Shown: piece by piece, positions 23,400 through 35,858 of the stretch
How the letters are laid out: every line of letters begins with the position of its first letter
How positions within the stretch are numbered: position 1 is the first letter of the stretch
Assembly: GCF_009834535.1 (NCBI RefSeq)
Contig: NC_045697.1
Coordinates: 21,888,001 to 21,952,000 of the forward strand
Source of the DNA: Camelus ferus
Lineage: Eukaryota
Reading direction: 5' to 3'
DNA: 64,000 nucleotides
The notes under the pieces: generated by a model
What the model saw: the letters and a program-made list of their open reading frames with translations, nothing else
The model's database searches: none
What the model was told of the DNA's origin: nothing
Position numbers and translations under genes: made by a program

Positions 23400-24800
23400 T
23401 CCTGCGTTGGCCAACTCCACTTTGTCCCCAACATAAGTGACTCCATTTTAGTTTGGGTTCTACAGGGGTTAACCTACCAAAGATACTAATATTGTTATAG
23501 TGGCCACAGTGGAGAACTTTTAACCGTTTATGAGATGCCCTAGAGAAAGAGGTCTCAGCCAGGCAGTCACTCTAAAGGTTAAAAGGAAAATTATTTTTCC
23601 TCCTCTACAGTTTCTGGCGACCAGAATGAGACCCACAGGGACATCCCGCTGACTCTGGAGCCTGCAGATGGCATCCTGGCAAAACGCAGAAGCCGGCAAA
23701 TGGTAAGAATGCCTACTGTTGCCGGAGAATTGTTTGTCTCCGGCAGGAAAGAATCCAAGAGCGACGCATAGTAAAATGAAGGAAGTTTATTCAGGGAGAT
23801 AGCACACTCCATAGACAATGTGGTGGTCTCAAAAGGCAAGAGAGGTGTGGCATTGTTTGTTTTTATGGGCTTGGTAATTTCATATGCTAATGTGTAGGAG
23901 GATTATTCCAGCTATTTGGAGGAAGGGGCGAGGATTTCCAGGAAAGTCCCCCACCACTCTGCCTACTTTTTGACCTTTTATGGGCAGCCTAGGAACTGTT
24001 GTGGTGCCTGTGAGTGTGCCATGAGGCTCAAGGTCTACAGGAAGTCAAATCTTCAACCCTCTTGGTTCTAAACAGTTTGTCCTGTCCTCAATTGCTGTGT
24101 TATTCCTTCAGTGGTTTTGCTCAGCCCCCCTTCCCTTCCGTCCCATTACCTAAGTCAACTCTCCCATATGTCTGTCTGTGGAGTCTGGTTGAGAGTGGAA
24201 GGTAAAATTTCACATTATCCCTTCCTTTCCAAAATCAGATTGGCAGAAAGAAAACATTGGTTATTGATCATTTCTTTCCCAGGGACAGCTGTTGCCTTCT
24301 TGTTTGTCTCATTTGTGTCCTGAGAACTTGGCTTGGCCACCAACAGTTTGGGGACCCCCAAAATATGGTTGGACAGAAATGTGCGTTGACTTCCATTTGC
24401 AGCTAGGGTCCTTCTGAGTGCTGCCGGCCCTTAGGGGAATTGTCTAAGTCTTGTTTTCTTTTGATTATTTCTCTTTGGGTGTGGCTCTGAATCCTGGGAG
24501 AGTAGTATCTTTTGCACCCTGTTGGGGACCCTTTTTGTGTGCATAGAGTTGTTCAGTACAGTCAGGAATATTTCCTGTTTGTGCTGGCTGAGACTTGACA
24601 AAGCATTTGACAAGAGTTTTCCTTAAGCTTCTCTAGGATCAGAAGTTGGCTAGATTGGAAGCTGATGTTCAGAACTTGATAGGAACCATTTTTTAAGACC
24701 TTCTCCCGTAAGCTAAAATGAAACTGTGTACCCAAAGGGAAAGAAAAATATTTTTAAGCCATTGTAGAAGGATTTACTAAAACATCCCAGAGGCATGCAG
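23400..24800 (+). mobile_element. ERV1-like remnant (LTR end, PBS-like site, leader) interrupted by a second, antisense LTR at ~23716-24080
   Basis: ...ctaca gtttc tggcgaccagaatgagac PBS-like junction at ~23609-23632; the inner segment begins tgttgccggag and has tttatt (antisense polyA signal) at ~23787. Confidence 0.55.
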
Positions 24801-25734
24801 CTCAAAATCTGAAACGTAGAAATCTTTTGATTTCCATCTTAGTTGAAGATCCTCTCCCTAAAGGAGGAGTCTGTACCCTAACAAGTACCTCCTGGACTTA
24901 GATCATCAACACCTCTGGTATTGTAGCAAATACAAAAAGTTAACAAATAATCCACTTGGCTAAAACATGATGTCCCTTCTGATACATTTTTAAACTTATT
25001 TGATACCTCTTGGTTTGGATCATTGAAGCAAAATTGCAATTATGAGATCATTACTTCCTATTCACACTGGTGCCCTTTCAGCCATAATCTCATGCTCAAT
25101 GTCAGTGAAATGAGTTTGTAACACTTATCAGAGGCTTAAAAAAGAATATTTATATTTTAATCCAGAAATGAATGCTACTATAGAAATTTTGTTTTAAAAA
25201 AGTTAGAAACTTAGTCTAAGATAAAAATAAAATAAAATGAAATATACACCTAAAGTGTATACAAAAGAATGGCCACTGGGGAATTATACAGGCAAAACTG
25301 GAAGGAAATTCAATGTATTTTAAAAAGGCAACTAATTTAATAAATCTCCACGTATTCATGAACTGGAGTACCCTGCTAGCACTGGAAATCATGTTTTATA
25401 AAGATACTTGACTCAGGAAATGCTTTGTTACTGATGAATTTTTAAACTTAAAAATTGTGCTATACTAGGATTATTGTAAGACTAAAATGATAAATATGTA
25501 AAACATGTCATGTAAGTAAGTAGATGTTTATATGTACATTCATGCAATGGGGGGGATATTACTAATGAGTTTTCCTGATTATTGTATTATTTTCCTGATC
25601 TTTAATCTGATTTAGACAATTTGGGGAGATTACTCTGCATGGAACATTAGTTTAAAGTGAGATTTTTCAAACTTGCTTCATTTTTAAATCTCAGGAAAGG
25701 CTTTCTACTTCCTTCTCCATGTAACTTAAGCCTC

Positions 25735-25893
25735 ACGTCTTAAACTCACAGTGGAATCAGACCAGCCATGGGAAAAACTTGGGAGCTTGTTAGAAAAGAG
25801 TCTTAGGCTCCATCCCAGATGTACTGCACTGGAGTCTACATTTTAACGTGATTGAGGGTAATTTGTATGCATATTCAAGTTTGAGAAGCACTT
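25735..25893. mobile_element. MER5-like hAT-Charlie DNA transposon
   Basis: gggagcttgttagaaa...ggctccatcccaga...cattttaac...aagtttgagaagcact. Confidence 0.75.
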
Positions 25894-25999
25894 CTCTAAA
25901 ACATTAAAAGGAAGTGAAAGTATATAGTACTCTTGTAATGACTTTTGCCCGTAACAGAATCATTTCAGAAAAAATTCAAAGTTTAAGATTAACTTACGC

Positions 26000-26545
26000 G
26001 GTTGGACTACTAACTGGTACAATCATTTTGACAACTTGGTAATAGTATCAGCAATGTTAGAATGGTTATACTTTCAGACCTAATAACTACACTTTTGGAA
26101 ATATATCCTAGTGAAAGAATCCAATGAAACAGTAAAAGCTTTATGTACAAAGATGTTCATTATAGCCTTATCTAAAATAGCAAAAAATTAGGAACAAACT
26201 AAAAGTTAAGCAATGGAAAAATGATAACTAGATTTGGGTAATCTGCCAGGTAGAGTTGAATTCAGCAACCAAAATTATGTCTTAAAAGTTTTATATTTTT
26301 ATTTTGTTTATTTTTTGTAATTTTTTAATTTTATTTTTTATCAAAATGTAGTTAATTTACAGTGTTAGTTGAAGTAAGACAAAGATAAATATTAAATGAT
26401 ATCACTTATATGTGGAATCTAAAAAAAAAAGTGATACAAATTTTATTTATGAACCAAAAACAGACTCTCAGACACAGAAAACAAAGTATGGTTATCAAAG
26501 GGGAAAGGGTGAGGGAGAGAGAAATTAGGAGTGTGAGATTACAAG
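26000..26545 (+). mobile_element. L1 3' fragments (old L1M plus a younger L1 3' end)
   Basis: tgtacaaagatgttcattatagc; atgatatcacttatatgtggaatctaaaaaa...cagactctcagacacagaaaacaaa. Confidence 0.75.
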
Positions 26546-26809
26546 TTTTATATTTTAAATCATCCTTTATCCACTTTAATGATGTTACTATTAATTATCT
26601 TTCATATCTAATATTGTTTTAATTACTTTCTTTTGTTTATATATGTCTGATAATTCTTTTCTTATCCTTTATTGTCAACAATTCTGTGTCATTTAGTTTT
26701 AGATGTGTTTTTACAAACAGTTAAATTTTTATTTTTATTTATTTGATCTGAAATGTCTTTGATAGGTGAACTTAACCTATGGGCCTAAAAATATTTTCTA
26801 AAAATAAGA

Positions 26810-27010
26810 AGACGTCTCCACATGCTGGGCAGTGTCCTAAGACCCTTCAATATAATAATTTAATAACCTGTAGTAAGAACTATTATTATCTCCATTATAC
26901 AGAGGAAGAAACTGAAGGGCAGAGACTTGCCCAAAGTCATGCAGTAGTAATGAAACTGGAATTTGATCCCAGGCCATCTGGCTCAGGAAGCTACAGCCTT
27001 GATCACTACA
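26810..27010 (-). mobile_element. MIR SINE
   Basis: tattattatctccattatacagaggaagaaactgaag...gacttgcccaaagtca. Confidence 0.8.
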
Positions 27011-27089
27011 GTGTATTTCAACTTATTGGTTAAAGACTGAAGCATGTGTTTTACCATCTCCTACCATCTTATTTCACATTTTCTTTTAC

Positions 27090-27716
27090 AAGTGGTTAGT
27101 TTTGTATTGCTTCAGTCACAAATCACCGTGAACTCAGTAGCTTAAAACACAAATTTATTATTAGTTCAGAAATCCAGGAGGTTCAGCTGCACCCTCTTCT
27201 TCAGGTCTTACAAGGCTGACATCGAAGTATTGTCTGGATTGTTTACCTTTCTGGAGGCTCTAGGGATGAATCCACTTCCAGATTGACTCAGGTTGTTGGC
27301 AGAATTCAGTTCCATGTGGGTATAGGACTAAGGTGCCCTTTACCTTGGGGGCTGTCAGTCAGTAGTGGTACTCAGCTTCCAGACACTGCCCACACTCCCT
27401 GGTTATGTCCTCCCTCCAACATTATCAAAGCAAACAGTGAAGAGTTGAATCTCTCTCATGTTTCAGATCTCTCTTCCGCTTCTCTTTCTGGAACCTCCAT
27501 CTCTCTCCTCTGGCCATCTCTTCAGCTTTTAAAGGTTCAAGTGATTACATTGGCTTTGCTTTGATAATCTAGAATAATCTTCATATTTTATGGTCAGTTG
27601 ATTAGTGACCTGAGTTTTATTTGAAAGCTCCCTTCAAAGCAGTGCCTGGATTAGTGTTTGATTAGACAACCAGAGAAGAGAAAACTTGAGGGCACATCTT
27701 AGATTTCTGTTTACCA
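27090..27716 (-). mobile_element. MaLR LTR (MLT1E/F/G-like)
   Basis: cagtagcttaaaacacaaatttatta...ctggaggctctagggatgaatccacttcc...gttgttggcagaattcagttcc. Confidence 0.8.
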
Positions 27717-29015
27717 GGCTTGCTTTTTTCATTTTTCTTTATTTTCCCTCTCTGAATTTCCAATCAAGAAATACAACCTTTTAAAATATTTATTCTGCCT
27801 TTGGTATAAGTTAATTTTCCTAGCAAGAGGGCTACAGAAAACTCATTTCATCTCCATTTGTGCTGCTTATCTTAATAAGTCCTTTCCTATCAGATTTTTA
27901 ACTGCATTTTGTAAACATGTATTTTCATTTCCCATATGTTTTCAAGATTTGGGGAAAAATATTTTTAGTTCTATTTTGGTTACCTAGTCAGACCATTATA
28001 TTAAATTTCCTTTTAATTGAACACACTATATAGTAACATTTTAAATAAGCAATGCCGTTTACCTGTGCTCATGCTCCCTCATAACTATTTTTGCATATTA
28101 CTTTGCTGTTCTGCCCATTTATATTTTACATAACTGCAGCCGCAAGGTACAAAATAGTTTCTTTTTTTTCAATTTCAACACTGTTTTGTGAACTTTTCAT
28201 TGCCTAGGGAAGGTGCATAAGAAAGCAGTATACAGCCTTCAAACATGGTATAAAGAGTTCCCGAGACCTGGATCCTGTCAGCTTGATCTGCCCCCAACAT
28301 CACTTCTACTCATTTGACCCTCATATATTACATTTCAGCACAATGTGAAATTTGCAATTCTCACCTTTGTGCACATGTCATCTATCTGACTTCATTTTCT
28401 TCCACTAACTCCTATTTGCCTTTGAAGACTAAGTTAATGTGTCAGTTCCCTTCAGGAGATTTTCCTAGTCTAGGTTTAGTGACTCTCTGATATGTGCCCA
28501 TAAAATTCTTTGCCTACTTTTATCCAGGCATTTTTCATATTTAATTATAGTCATTTGATTATTTCTACAGCTCTCACCCAGACTTTAAAGTCCCTATAAG
28601 CAAAGCCTGTGACCCAGCAGTCTTTTTACTTGGGATGAGTTAGATTTGGCTTCAGTTAACAGATAACTCTCAATTATCAGTGGATGAAGACAACACAGGT
28701 TTATTTCATCTTCACACTCCATGTGTATCATGGAGCAGCTGGAGGCTCTGTTTTGTGCACTTTCAACTGACAAAGCTGCCATCATCTGTAAGGTTACCAG
28801 CTGCCACAGCAGAGGCAGAGAGAGAGCGTAGTGAAGTATACACTGGCTCGTAAGACATCTCCCTGAAGTGACATGTTACGTCTGCTCACCTTTCTTTGCC
28901 AAAGAAAGCACATGACCACCCCTATCCTCAGGAGGAAAGGAAGTTGAATCCTACATCTGCCAGAAGAAGACAGTTATGAATATTTGGTGAATAGCACTGA
29001 TAACAGTCAGCAGCC

Positions 29016-29563
29016 TGTAAAATGAAAAAAAAAAAAAAAAAAAAAAAAAAAAAGCACAACCTAAAGGCTGAGAATTAGGTTTTATTTGGTGGACTTTCTG
29101 AGGACTCAAGCCCAGGAGTTGGCCACTCAGATTGCTCTAAGAGACTGTTCCAAAGAGGTGGGGGAGGAACCAAGATGTATAGGAGTTTTTACAACAAAGT
29201 CCAGGTAGTTGAAACTTCAAAAGATTATTGTTAATTTAAGAAAACTAGATATATAAAGTTTAGTGCTTTTCTGTTTATGGGAAAATGCATAAGTCTGGGC
29301 TCATTGAAATTGTCCCTTTGATGTGCACCTTAGCTATCTAGGGCCAGTATCCTGTTCTTTTCCATCCTGAGTGCTCTCAGGGCACACTGTTGGGGATGGC
29401 TTCCCAGTCCGGGCTGCCTGCTTATTTTCCATCCTGAGTTCTCTCTGGCTTACAACCTAAAGACTGAGAATTAGGTTTTTGGGGGTCAGTAGTAGTGGCT
29501 GATGACTTGATGGCCGCAGCATCCTTTGTTACTGATATGACGGGCAGTATTTTTCATTCACAC
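29016..29563 (-). mobile_element. Solo ERV LTR with long internal A-tract and internal direct repeat
   Basis: tgtaaaatgaaaa ... ttttcattcaca inverted termini; ttttattt antisense polyA signal; A-tract at ~29025-29053. Confidence 0.75.
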
Positions 29564-29585
29564 CCACAGTCAGTCTCTTTAAGTA

Positions 29586-30000
29586 TGTGGATTGGTTTCC
29601 TATCCTGGCCATAGCAAAACACTGTAGATTGGGTGGCTTAAAGAGAACTGTATTGTCTCACAAATAGCCTGAAAGTCCAAAATGGAAGTGTCATGAGGGT
29701 TGATTCCCTTGTGACGGATATTAGGGAAGGGTCTATTCCAGGTCCCTTTCCTTGGCTGGAGGATGGCCATAGCCTCCTTATGTCTCTTCAGATCATCTTC
29801 TTTTCATGTCAAATTTTCCCCTTTTGTCAGGACACCAGTCATATTGGATTAGGTCCTACCTGAATTCATTTTAACCTCATTTCAACTTGATTACTCCTAT
29901 AAAGACCCTATCTGCAAATAAGATCACATTCTGATGTGCTGGGGATTAGATTTCAGCAGATGACTGTGGTGGCGAGGGAGAACATGATTCCATCCACAAC
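29586..30000 (-). mobile_element. MaLR LTR (MLT1C/D-like)
   Basis: ggacaccagtcatattggattagg...aaagaccctatctgcaaataagatcacattctga. Confidence 0.85.
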
Positions 30001-30721
30001 AGCTGTGCTGTCTCAGGCGCGTAGTAGTATCTTTCTTGAATTAGTGACTAAATCACGCCTGTTCTTATGACTCTGTCTAACCTTTATAAATATTATGTTA
30101 ATGGATGTGATTTAACGGACATTTACCTTTCTAGGCAGAGTAAAATGATATTTATCATTGTTTACTATCACAGGAAAACCAAAATTAACTCTTTCTTCTT
30201 AGACTTTTTTTTTCCTAGTTGATATTTTCGTAGGCTAAGGTCCCTACCATAGAATAACTGGGTATACATTATACATTAAGATTTTAATATAAATCACCAA
30301 AATGATTTCTGAAGAAAAAAAGGTTTGTTAATTGATAATGTCACTCGCAGTGATTAACACAGTAACTGTGGCCAAAATTGTATTGCCACCGTTCATTGTA
30401 TTTCCATGTTTACAAAATAATATCTTGAATTTGATTTTTAGTGGATTTTATTACTACCTAGATGACATTTCCCCATGTACATGTTGGCTCTTCGATTAAT
30501 CTCTGACTCCTTCATAGTATGTTTCTGCACAACATTGTATGCCCAGCATCTAAGCCGAATCAGGGTAGGCACTCATCCAGCAGTCAGGAGAGCAGCCAGG
30601 ATGTGTGGGAATGAATGCAGACTCCACTGCTTAATGTCACTGAAACCTTGGGTAAGTTTCTGTGCTGCCTTCCTGTGCTTAGTTTCCTCATTTATGGAAC
30701 GAGAATCATAATATTCCCTAC

Positions 30722-31241
30722 AGTTGTGACACAACACAGTGATGGTGATGCACGGGTTGGTAAAGAATTACCAGAGACTGAAAAGAATTTAGGAAAGTTT
30801 AATAGGGACGCTGCTATAAGCAACAGCGGGCCAACTGGCAAGAGGTGCCCACGTGAGCACCAATGGTAGGTGTGCAGGGCCTTTTATTAGGGGGAGGAGG
30901 CTGTGCACATAAGGAGTAAGGGGCTGCATGATCAATCCCTGCACAGGGACCTGATTGGTTGTCAGACCTATCAGGGACTTCTCTGAACTATAGGATTTAG
31001 GACTTCGATAAGGGCAGGATGAGGCCTGTCCGCCTAGAGTATTGTGAGACGGGCTATCTCCTGGGGCGATGCGTTTTGTTAGGGTAAACACACATCAAGA
31101 GATGTTCTATTATATCTTGCAGAAGTGCAGGTATGTAGAGGGTTCTGTAGTGGGGAGTGGGGGTTAACGTGTCAATAAACTCCAGGAACAGAGAGCCCAG
31201 CGGTGGGGGCTTGACTCCAGAGAGTGCCAGCCGGCTCCACA
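30722..31241 (-). mobile_element. Solo LTR (520 bp, 5-bp TSD cctac) inserted into a MIR
   Basis: cctac at 30717-30721 and 31242-31246; the flanks rejoin as MIR ataatatt-c-cctac-ctcat; CpG-retaining interior. Confidence 0.8.
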
Positions 31242-32128
31242 CCTACCTCATTGGTTTCCTTTGAAGACTGAGTTAATGCATATCAGGTATTTAAACCAAA
31301 GCTTGTAAGATGGGAAGCACTCAGTAAATACAGATTTTTATTAAAATTCTTATTATTCTGTACAATTTGGATAGTAATGGGTTTTCATATATTTGCATTA
31401 AATCTTTTCAGAGTCTAAAATTAAATGCTTTTTCTCTTCCAATTGTTTGTTGCCAACTTTAAGCATTTTAAAAAATCGAATTTATCATGGGATAGTGTAT
31501 ATACAATAAACTGCATTAATTTTAATTGTATATTTTGATGGGTTTTGAAATTGTATACACTCATGTTATCACCATCAATATACTGAAAGATATCATCATT
31601 CCTAAAACGTCCCCTTGTGCTCCTTAGCAAACAATCAACACCCCCATGCCGGCCCCAGGCAACAACCAGTATGCTGTGTAACCCCTCCTTTCCAAAACTG
31701 ATGTGCAACTTGTGGTGACCCCAGTCTCCCTGTACTCTGATCACCATCTCTTCAATGCCGTGAATCCACTAAACTTTTGAAAAGTGCAGTTATACAGAAG
31801 TCAACATATAATAGAATGCCCTTCATTTGTCCCCTTCTTTCAGGAACAGTCTTGATAATAGTAGCTACATGTACTTCGTCCTATTTTCCAGTTTTGATCA
31901 ACAAGAAGTGAAGTCCAAGTCTTTAAACCACCATGGCCACAGTGGAAGCATATGATACTTATTTAAAGAGAGTTTATGTTGTAGTTGATGATGTGTTTAC
32001 AAAGCTAACATACTGAGATACATCCAGATATATTAAAAAACTCAGAGGCACATCTCTTAACTGCCAAACCATGTCAACATCCTTGGTCTGGACATTTGTT
32101 TTACATAATGTGAAAATACTCATTTCCT

Positions 32129-32280
32129 GGGGTGGGGGTGGTTATAGCTCAATGGTAGAGTACATACTTAGCATGCACGACTTCCTGGGTTCAATCCCCA
32201 GTACCTCCTCTAAAAGTAAATAAATACATAAACCTAATTACCCCCTCCCCCAAAAAAGTAAAAAAAAAAAAATTTTTTTA
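32129..32280 (+). mobile_element. Camelid-type tRNA-derived SINE
   Basis: ggggtggttatagctcaatggtagag (A box) ... gggttcaatccccagtacctcc (B box), followed by an AT-rich tail and polyA. Confidence 0.85.
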
Positions 32281-33707
32281 ATTATTCATTTTCCATGAAA
32301 ATTTAATTAATTTGAGTTAAGATAGCCTGTTCCCCAATCATGTCACTTAATGAGTGTATTATGCTATCAATGAAAATTCTTCTAAAAATATTTGATGTTA
32401 CATTAAAGATGTTAAGAATTAAAAAATATTTAAGTAAATATTCCTTTAATTAATATTTAAAATGTTGATGTCTATGTTCCTAAATATTATACCAAAATAA
32501 ATTTTATCTGGAATCATATTTTTTTAATTGAAATATAGTCAGTTTACAGTGTTGTGTCAGTTTCGGGCATACAGCATAATAGTTCAGTCATCCATACACA
32601 TACACATATTAACTTCCATGTTTTTCATTATAGGTTACTACAAAATATTGAATATCTTGGAATCATAATTTGATTCATACTTCTTGAATAATACAGAATA
32701 TTGCATTATTTTATTTATGTATTTATTTATTTATTTACATCTCCCCCATCCTATTTCAGGAACTGTTTATAACAGTGAAATCTCATTGCAATGACAATAT
32801 GATTGATCATGTGCTGGGAATTCATTAGACAAGAAAAAAGTAAATAGAAATATATAAAATATATGAACAGTGATCTTCAAAGAAACTATATCCCATCCAA
32901 CAACTTGTGATATCTAAATTAAAACATACTCAATTCAACTCCTTCAAAATCTTTTCAACACACATAAACATTTAGTATATATACGTTTTGTTTTTTCTAA
33001 TCAACACTATTCAGTGCCTAGAACAGTACTGGTAGACTGTAAATACCCACTGAATATTTCTTATTAAATTATCACTACAGGAAAGAAGATAAAAGATAAA
33101 AATAGAAATATCCAAACTTACAAAATATATATACAGCAGTATGCTCACATATTATGTAAGTTTAATAAAAATTGTTTTGTTTTGATTACAGTTTGGGTGC
33201 TTGATTAACAATGGCAATGATTCAAAAGCAAAAATCGGCTAAAGGACTGTCTTTTTGAATTGCAGTATTCATTTTGAAATAAAGTGCATAAATGCAGTTA
33301 ATTCTATACTTATTCCTTTGGTCCTGGAACAAATTTATTGGAACCAGTAACATATTTCCTTGGTTTTAATTATGCACAGTATGTATTTTTAATGTTGCCA
33401 ATTTTCCTAAAGAATAGCAAATGTTGCCTTTTACTCAGTAGCTTTGATGTTGTGCATTATACGCTAAACATTGTCTTTTTCCTGTAGCAACTATTGAGCA
33501 TGTTGACACCCACAATGTCCCAGCATGGCCAGGATCTATGAAGATGCAATTACTAAAAAAGACATAATTTTCAAATGTTCACTCTTTTAAAAACAGTAAA
33601 TAACTTATCTTAAATATTAAAACTAAAACTAACCCTAGTGGAAACTTGTGAAGAGAGATGGTGAAAATCTATCTAGTGATGACTTATTAAAAGTGTCTGA
33701 GCCTCTT

Positions 33708-33982
33708 CTCACAGACATAGAATACAAACTTGTGGTTGCCACAGGGTGGGGTGGGAAGGGATAGACTGGGAGTTCAAAATTTGTAGATACTGACAGGCAT
33801 ATGTAGAATACATAAGCAAGATTACATGGTATAGCACAGGGAAATTTATACAAGATCTTGTGGTAGCTCACAGCGGAAAAAAAATGTGACAATGAATATA
33901 TGTTCACATATAACTGAAAAATTGTGCTCTGCACTGGAATTTGACACAACATTGTAAAATGACTATAACTCAATGAAAAAAA
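33708..33982 (+). mobile_element. 5'-truncated L1 3' end with ~19-bp TSD
   Basis: ctcacagacatagaatacaaacttgtggttgcc...gactataactcaatgaaaaa flanked by aaaagtgtctg(a/t)gcctctt on both sides. Confidence 0.85.
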
Positions 33983-34886
33983 AGTGTCTGTGCCTCTTTG
34001 AATCTTGTATTCTTTCTTTTCTTTCACTCTTTAATCAAATATGCATGTATGTGTACGTGTAAGTGTTGGTGTGAAGGTCTGTGTTCGTGTGTGTCTGTGC
34101 GTGTGTATGTGAATTTGTATCACAGAGACATCATATTGTTTTATTATAACTCGAGATATTCAAGACAGCATTCTTACAAGGTGCATCATTCTGCAGAAGG
34201 CATGATGATATTTATGTTTGTTGAAATACATGAACTGATGTACTGTTACTCAATATATTGGTTTATACTCCCCCCCCCACACACAAAAGCAGAAAACATT
34301 CTCTCCATCTCTATTTCTTTCTCTCTCATATACTCATTCACAGACAAACTAATAAATGTGCACATAAAGCTGAACCATTACACACTTTTAAATACTTTTT
34401 TATGGTGTCTTCTGAATGATCATTTGTTCCCTTTGCTTTCTGAATAATGGGAGCAATATATGAGCCGCATAAAACCCGCATGAAGTAGGTATATTTCAAA
34501 TTAATTACAGTGACCCTTTTGTCTCAAATAATATTAAGTGTTGTGGAGAAACTCTAGACGAAGTTTTATTTTTATCTCTTTCTCTAAATGAAACACTCCA
34601 ACAACCTTTCTAGACCCTGTCCACAGATATCATGATCAGTTAGGTGAAAACATTTACAAACAGCTTTGTTCCATGGGAAGCAGGAGTCAGGAGGAGGAAA
34701 AGGAAAGACCTTACCCAAGTTCTCAGAATGCCTGGCAGGTTCACGGGGGTGGGAGGAGGCAGAAGCATAATCAAGAGGAATGCAAATGTGAATATAAGGT
34801 CAAAATAAACAAGAAGGGAGGGTTGTGTGTGGCTGGATTAAGAATAGGAAGTTTGTAGTTAAAAGATTTTAGATGATGAATTTTAT

Positions 34887-34888
<2 letters not shown>

Positions 34889-34924
<36 letters not shown>
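34889..34924. repeat. (AC)18 microsatellite
   Basis: Perfect dinucleotide run. Confidence 0.95.
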
Positions 34925-34927
<3 letters not shown>

Positions 34928-35079
34928 CAGAATTAAACCCCAAAACAGAGATGTAAATCAGATTCAGGGCTCTGGGAAAGGAGGTTACTGTTTTAACCAG
35001 TTTCCAGTTCTTGCTACTAAGGCTGGCTGAGGGGTGAAAAGAAGCTTCACTATGTGAATATTAACAGTTCACCTATAGT

Positions 35080-35310
35080 TAATAATAATTCATTGAGCAT
35101 GTATATATGCAAATGCTGTGCTATATACTTCACCGTTAATCCTTGTAATAGTATTGGGAAGGATGTACAACTTTTATTCCCCTTGTACAGATGTGAAACT
35201 GAGGCTTGGAGAGGTTAAATATATTGCTCAAGCTCATGTGGCTACAGAGTAAAGGACAGAGTCAGGATTTGAACTCAGGTCTCTCTGACACTAGCCTCTG
35301 ATATCGCAAC
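35080..35310 (-). mobile_element. MIR SINE
   Basis: acagatgtgaaactgaggcttggagaggttaaatatattgctcaag...ggatttgaactcaggtct. Confidence 0.85.
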
Positions 35311-35642
35311 CACTGTTAAATAGGTACTCACTAGCCCACTTGTGACAATTTAAATTTTGATTAGTTAAAAGTAAAAACTAAAATTCAGTTCCTCAGTCTC
35401 ACTAGTCTCATTTCAGATGCTCAATAGCAACATGGATTTAGCGACTACCATATTGGGCAGAGCAGACAGAGATTTCTAGCATTGCAGAAAGTCCTTTGGG
35501 ACAGTGTTGCAATAGACTAAACTGCTTTATCAGAATTTCTTATCCTCTTACCTGATGGAAGAGGGCTAATTTCAAAACCAAGTAATTACCACTCTTCTTC
35601 CATGAGATTACAGTTCAGGTCAGCAAATTCTCATTCCCTATT

Positions 35643-35858
35643 CAGGGCTTCTCTGCTTCAGCACTGCTGACACATTGGGCTGAGTGATCCCTCGTTTGAG
35701 GAGCTGTCTTGTGCATTTTAAGACATCTACAGCAGTGTCCCTGGTCTCTACTCACTGGATGCTAATAGCATCCCCTCCCAGCGGTGACAGTCAAACCTAT
35801 CTCTAGACATTGCCAGATGTCCTCTAAATAATGAAATTATTCCTAGTTAAGAACCACT
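35643..35858 (+). mobile_element. MER20-like hAT DNA transposon
   Basis: cagcactgctgacacattgggc...ctgtcttgtgcatt...ctctagacattgccagatgtcc...gttaagaaccact. Confidence 0.8.

Noticed and set aside
22701..23420. Overlapping 65-139-aa ORFs in the CpG island
   Set aside because: GC-rich sequence is depleted of stops; only the minus frame ending at the 22776 donor has independent support.
32135..32210. tRNA gene (A and B boxes present)
   Set aside because: No proper acceptor stem, and it is followed by a SINE tail and polyA; it is a tRNA-derived SINE.
33635..34447. 130-aa and 149-aa ORFs
   Set aside because: Derived from an L1 3' end and TG-rich low-complexity sequence.
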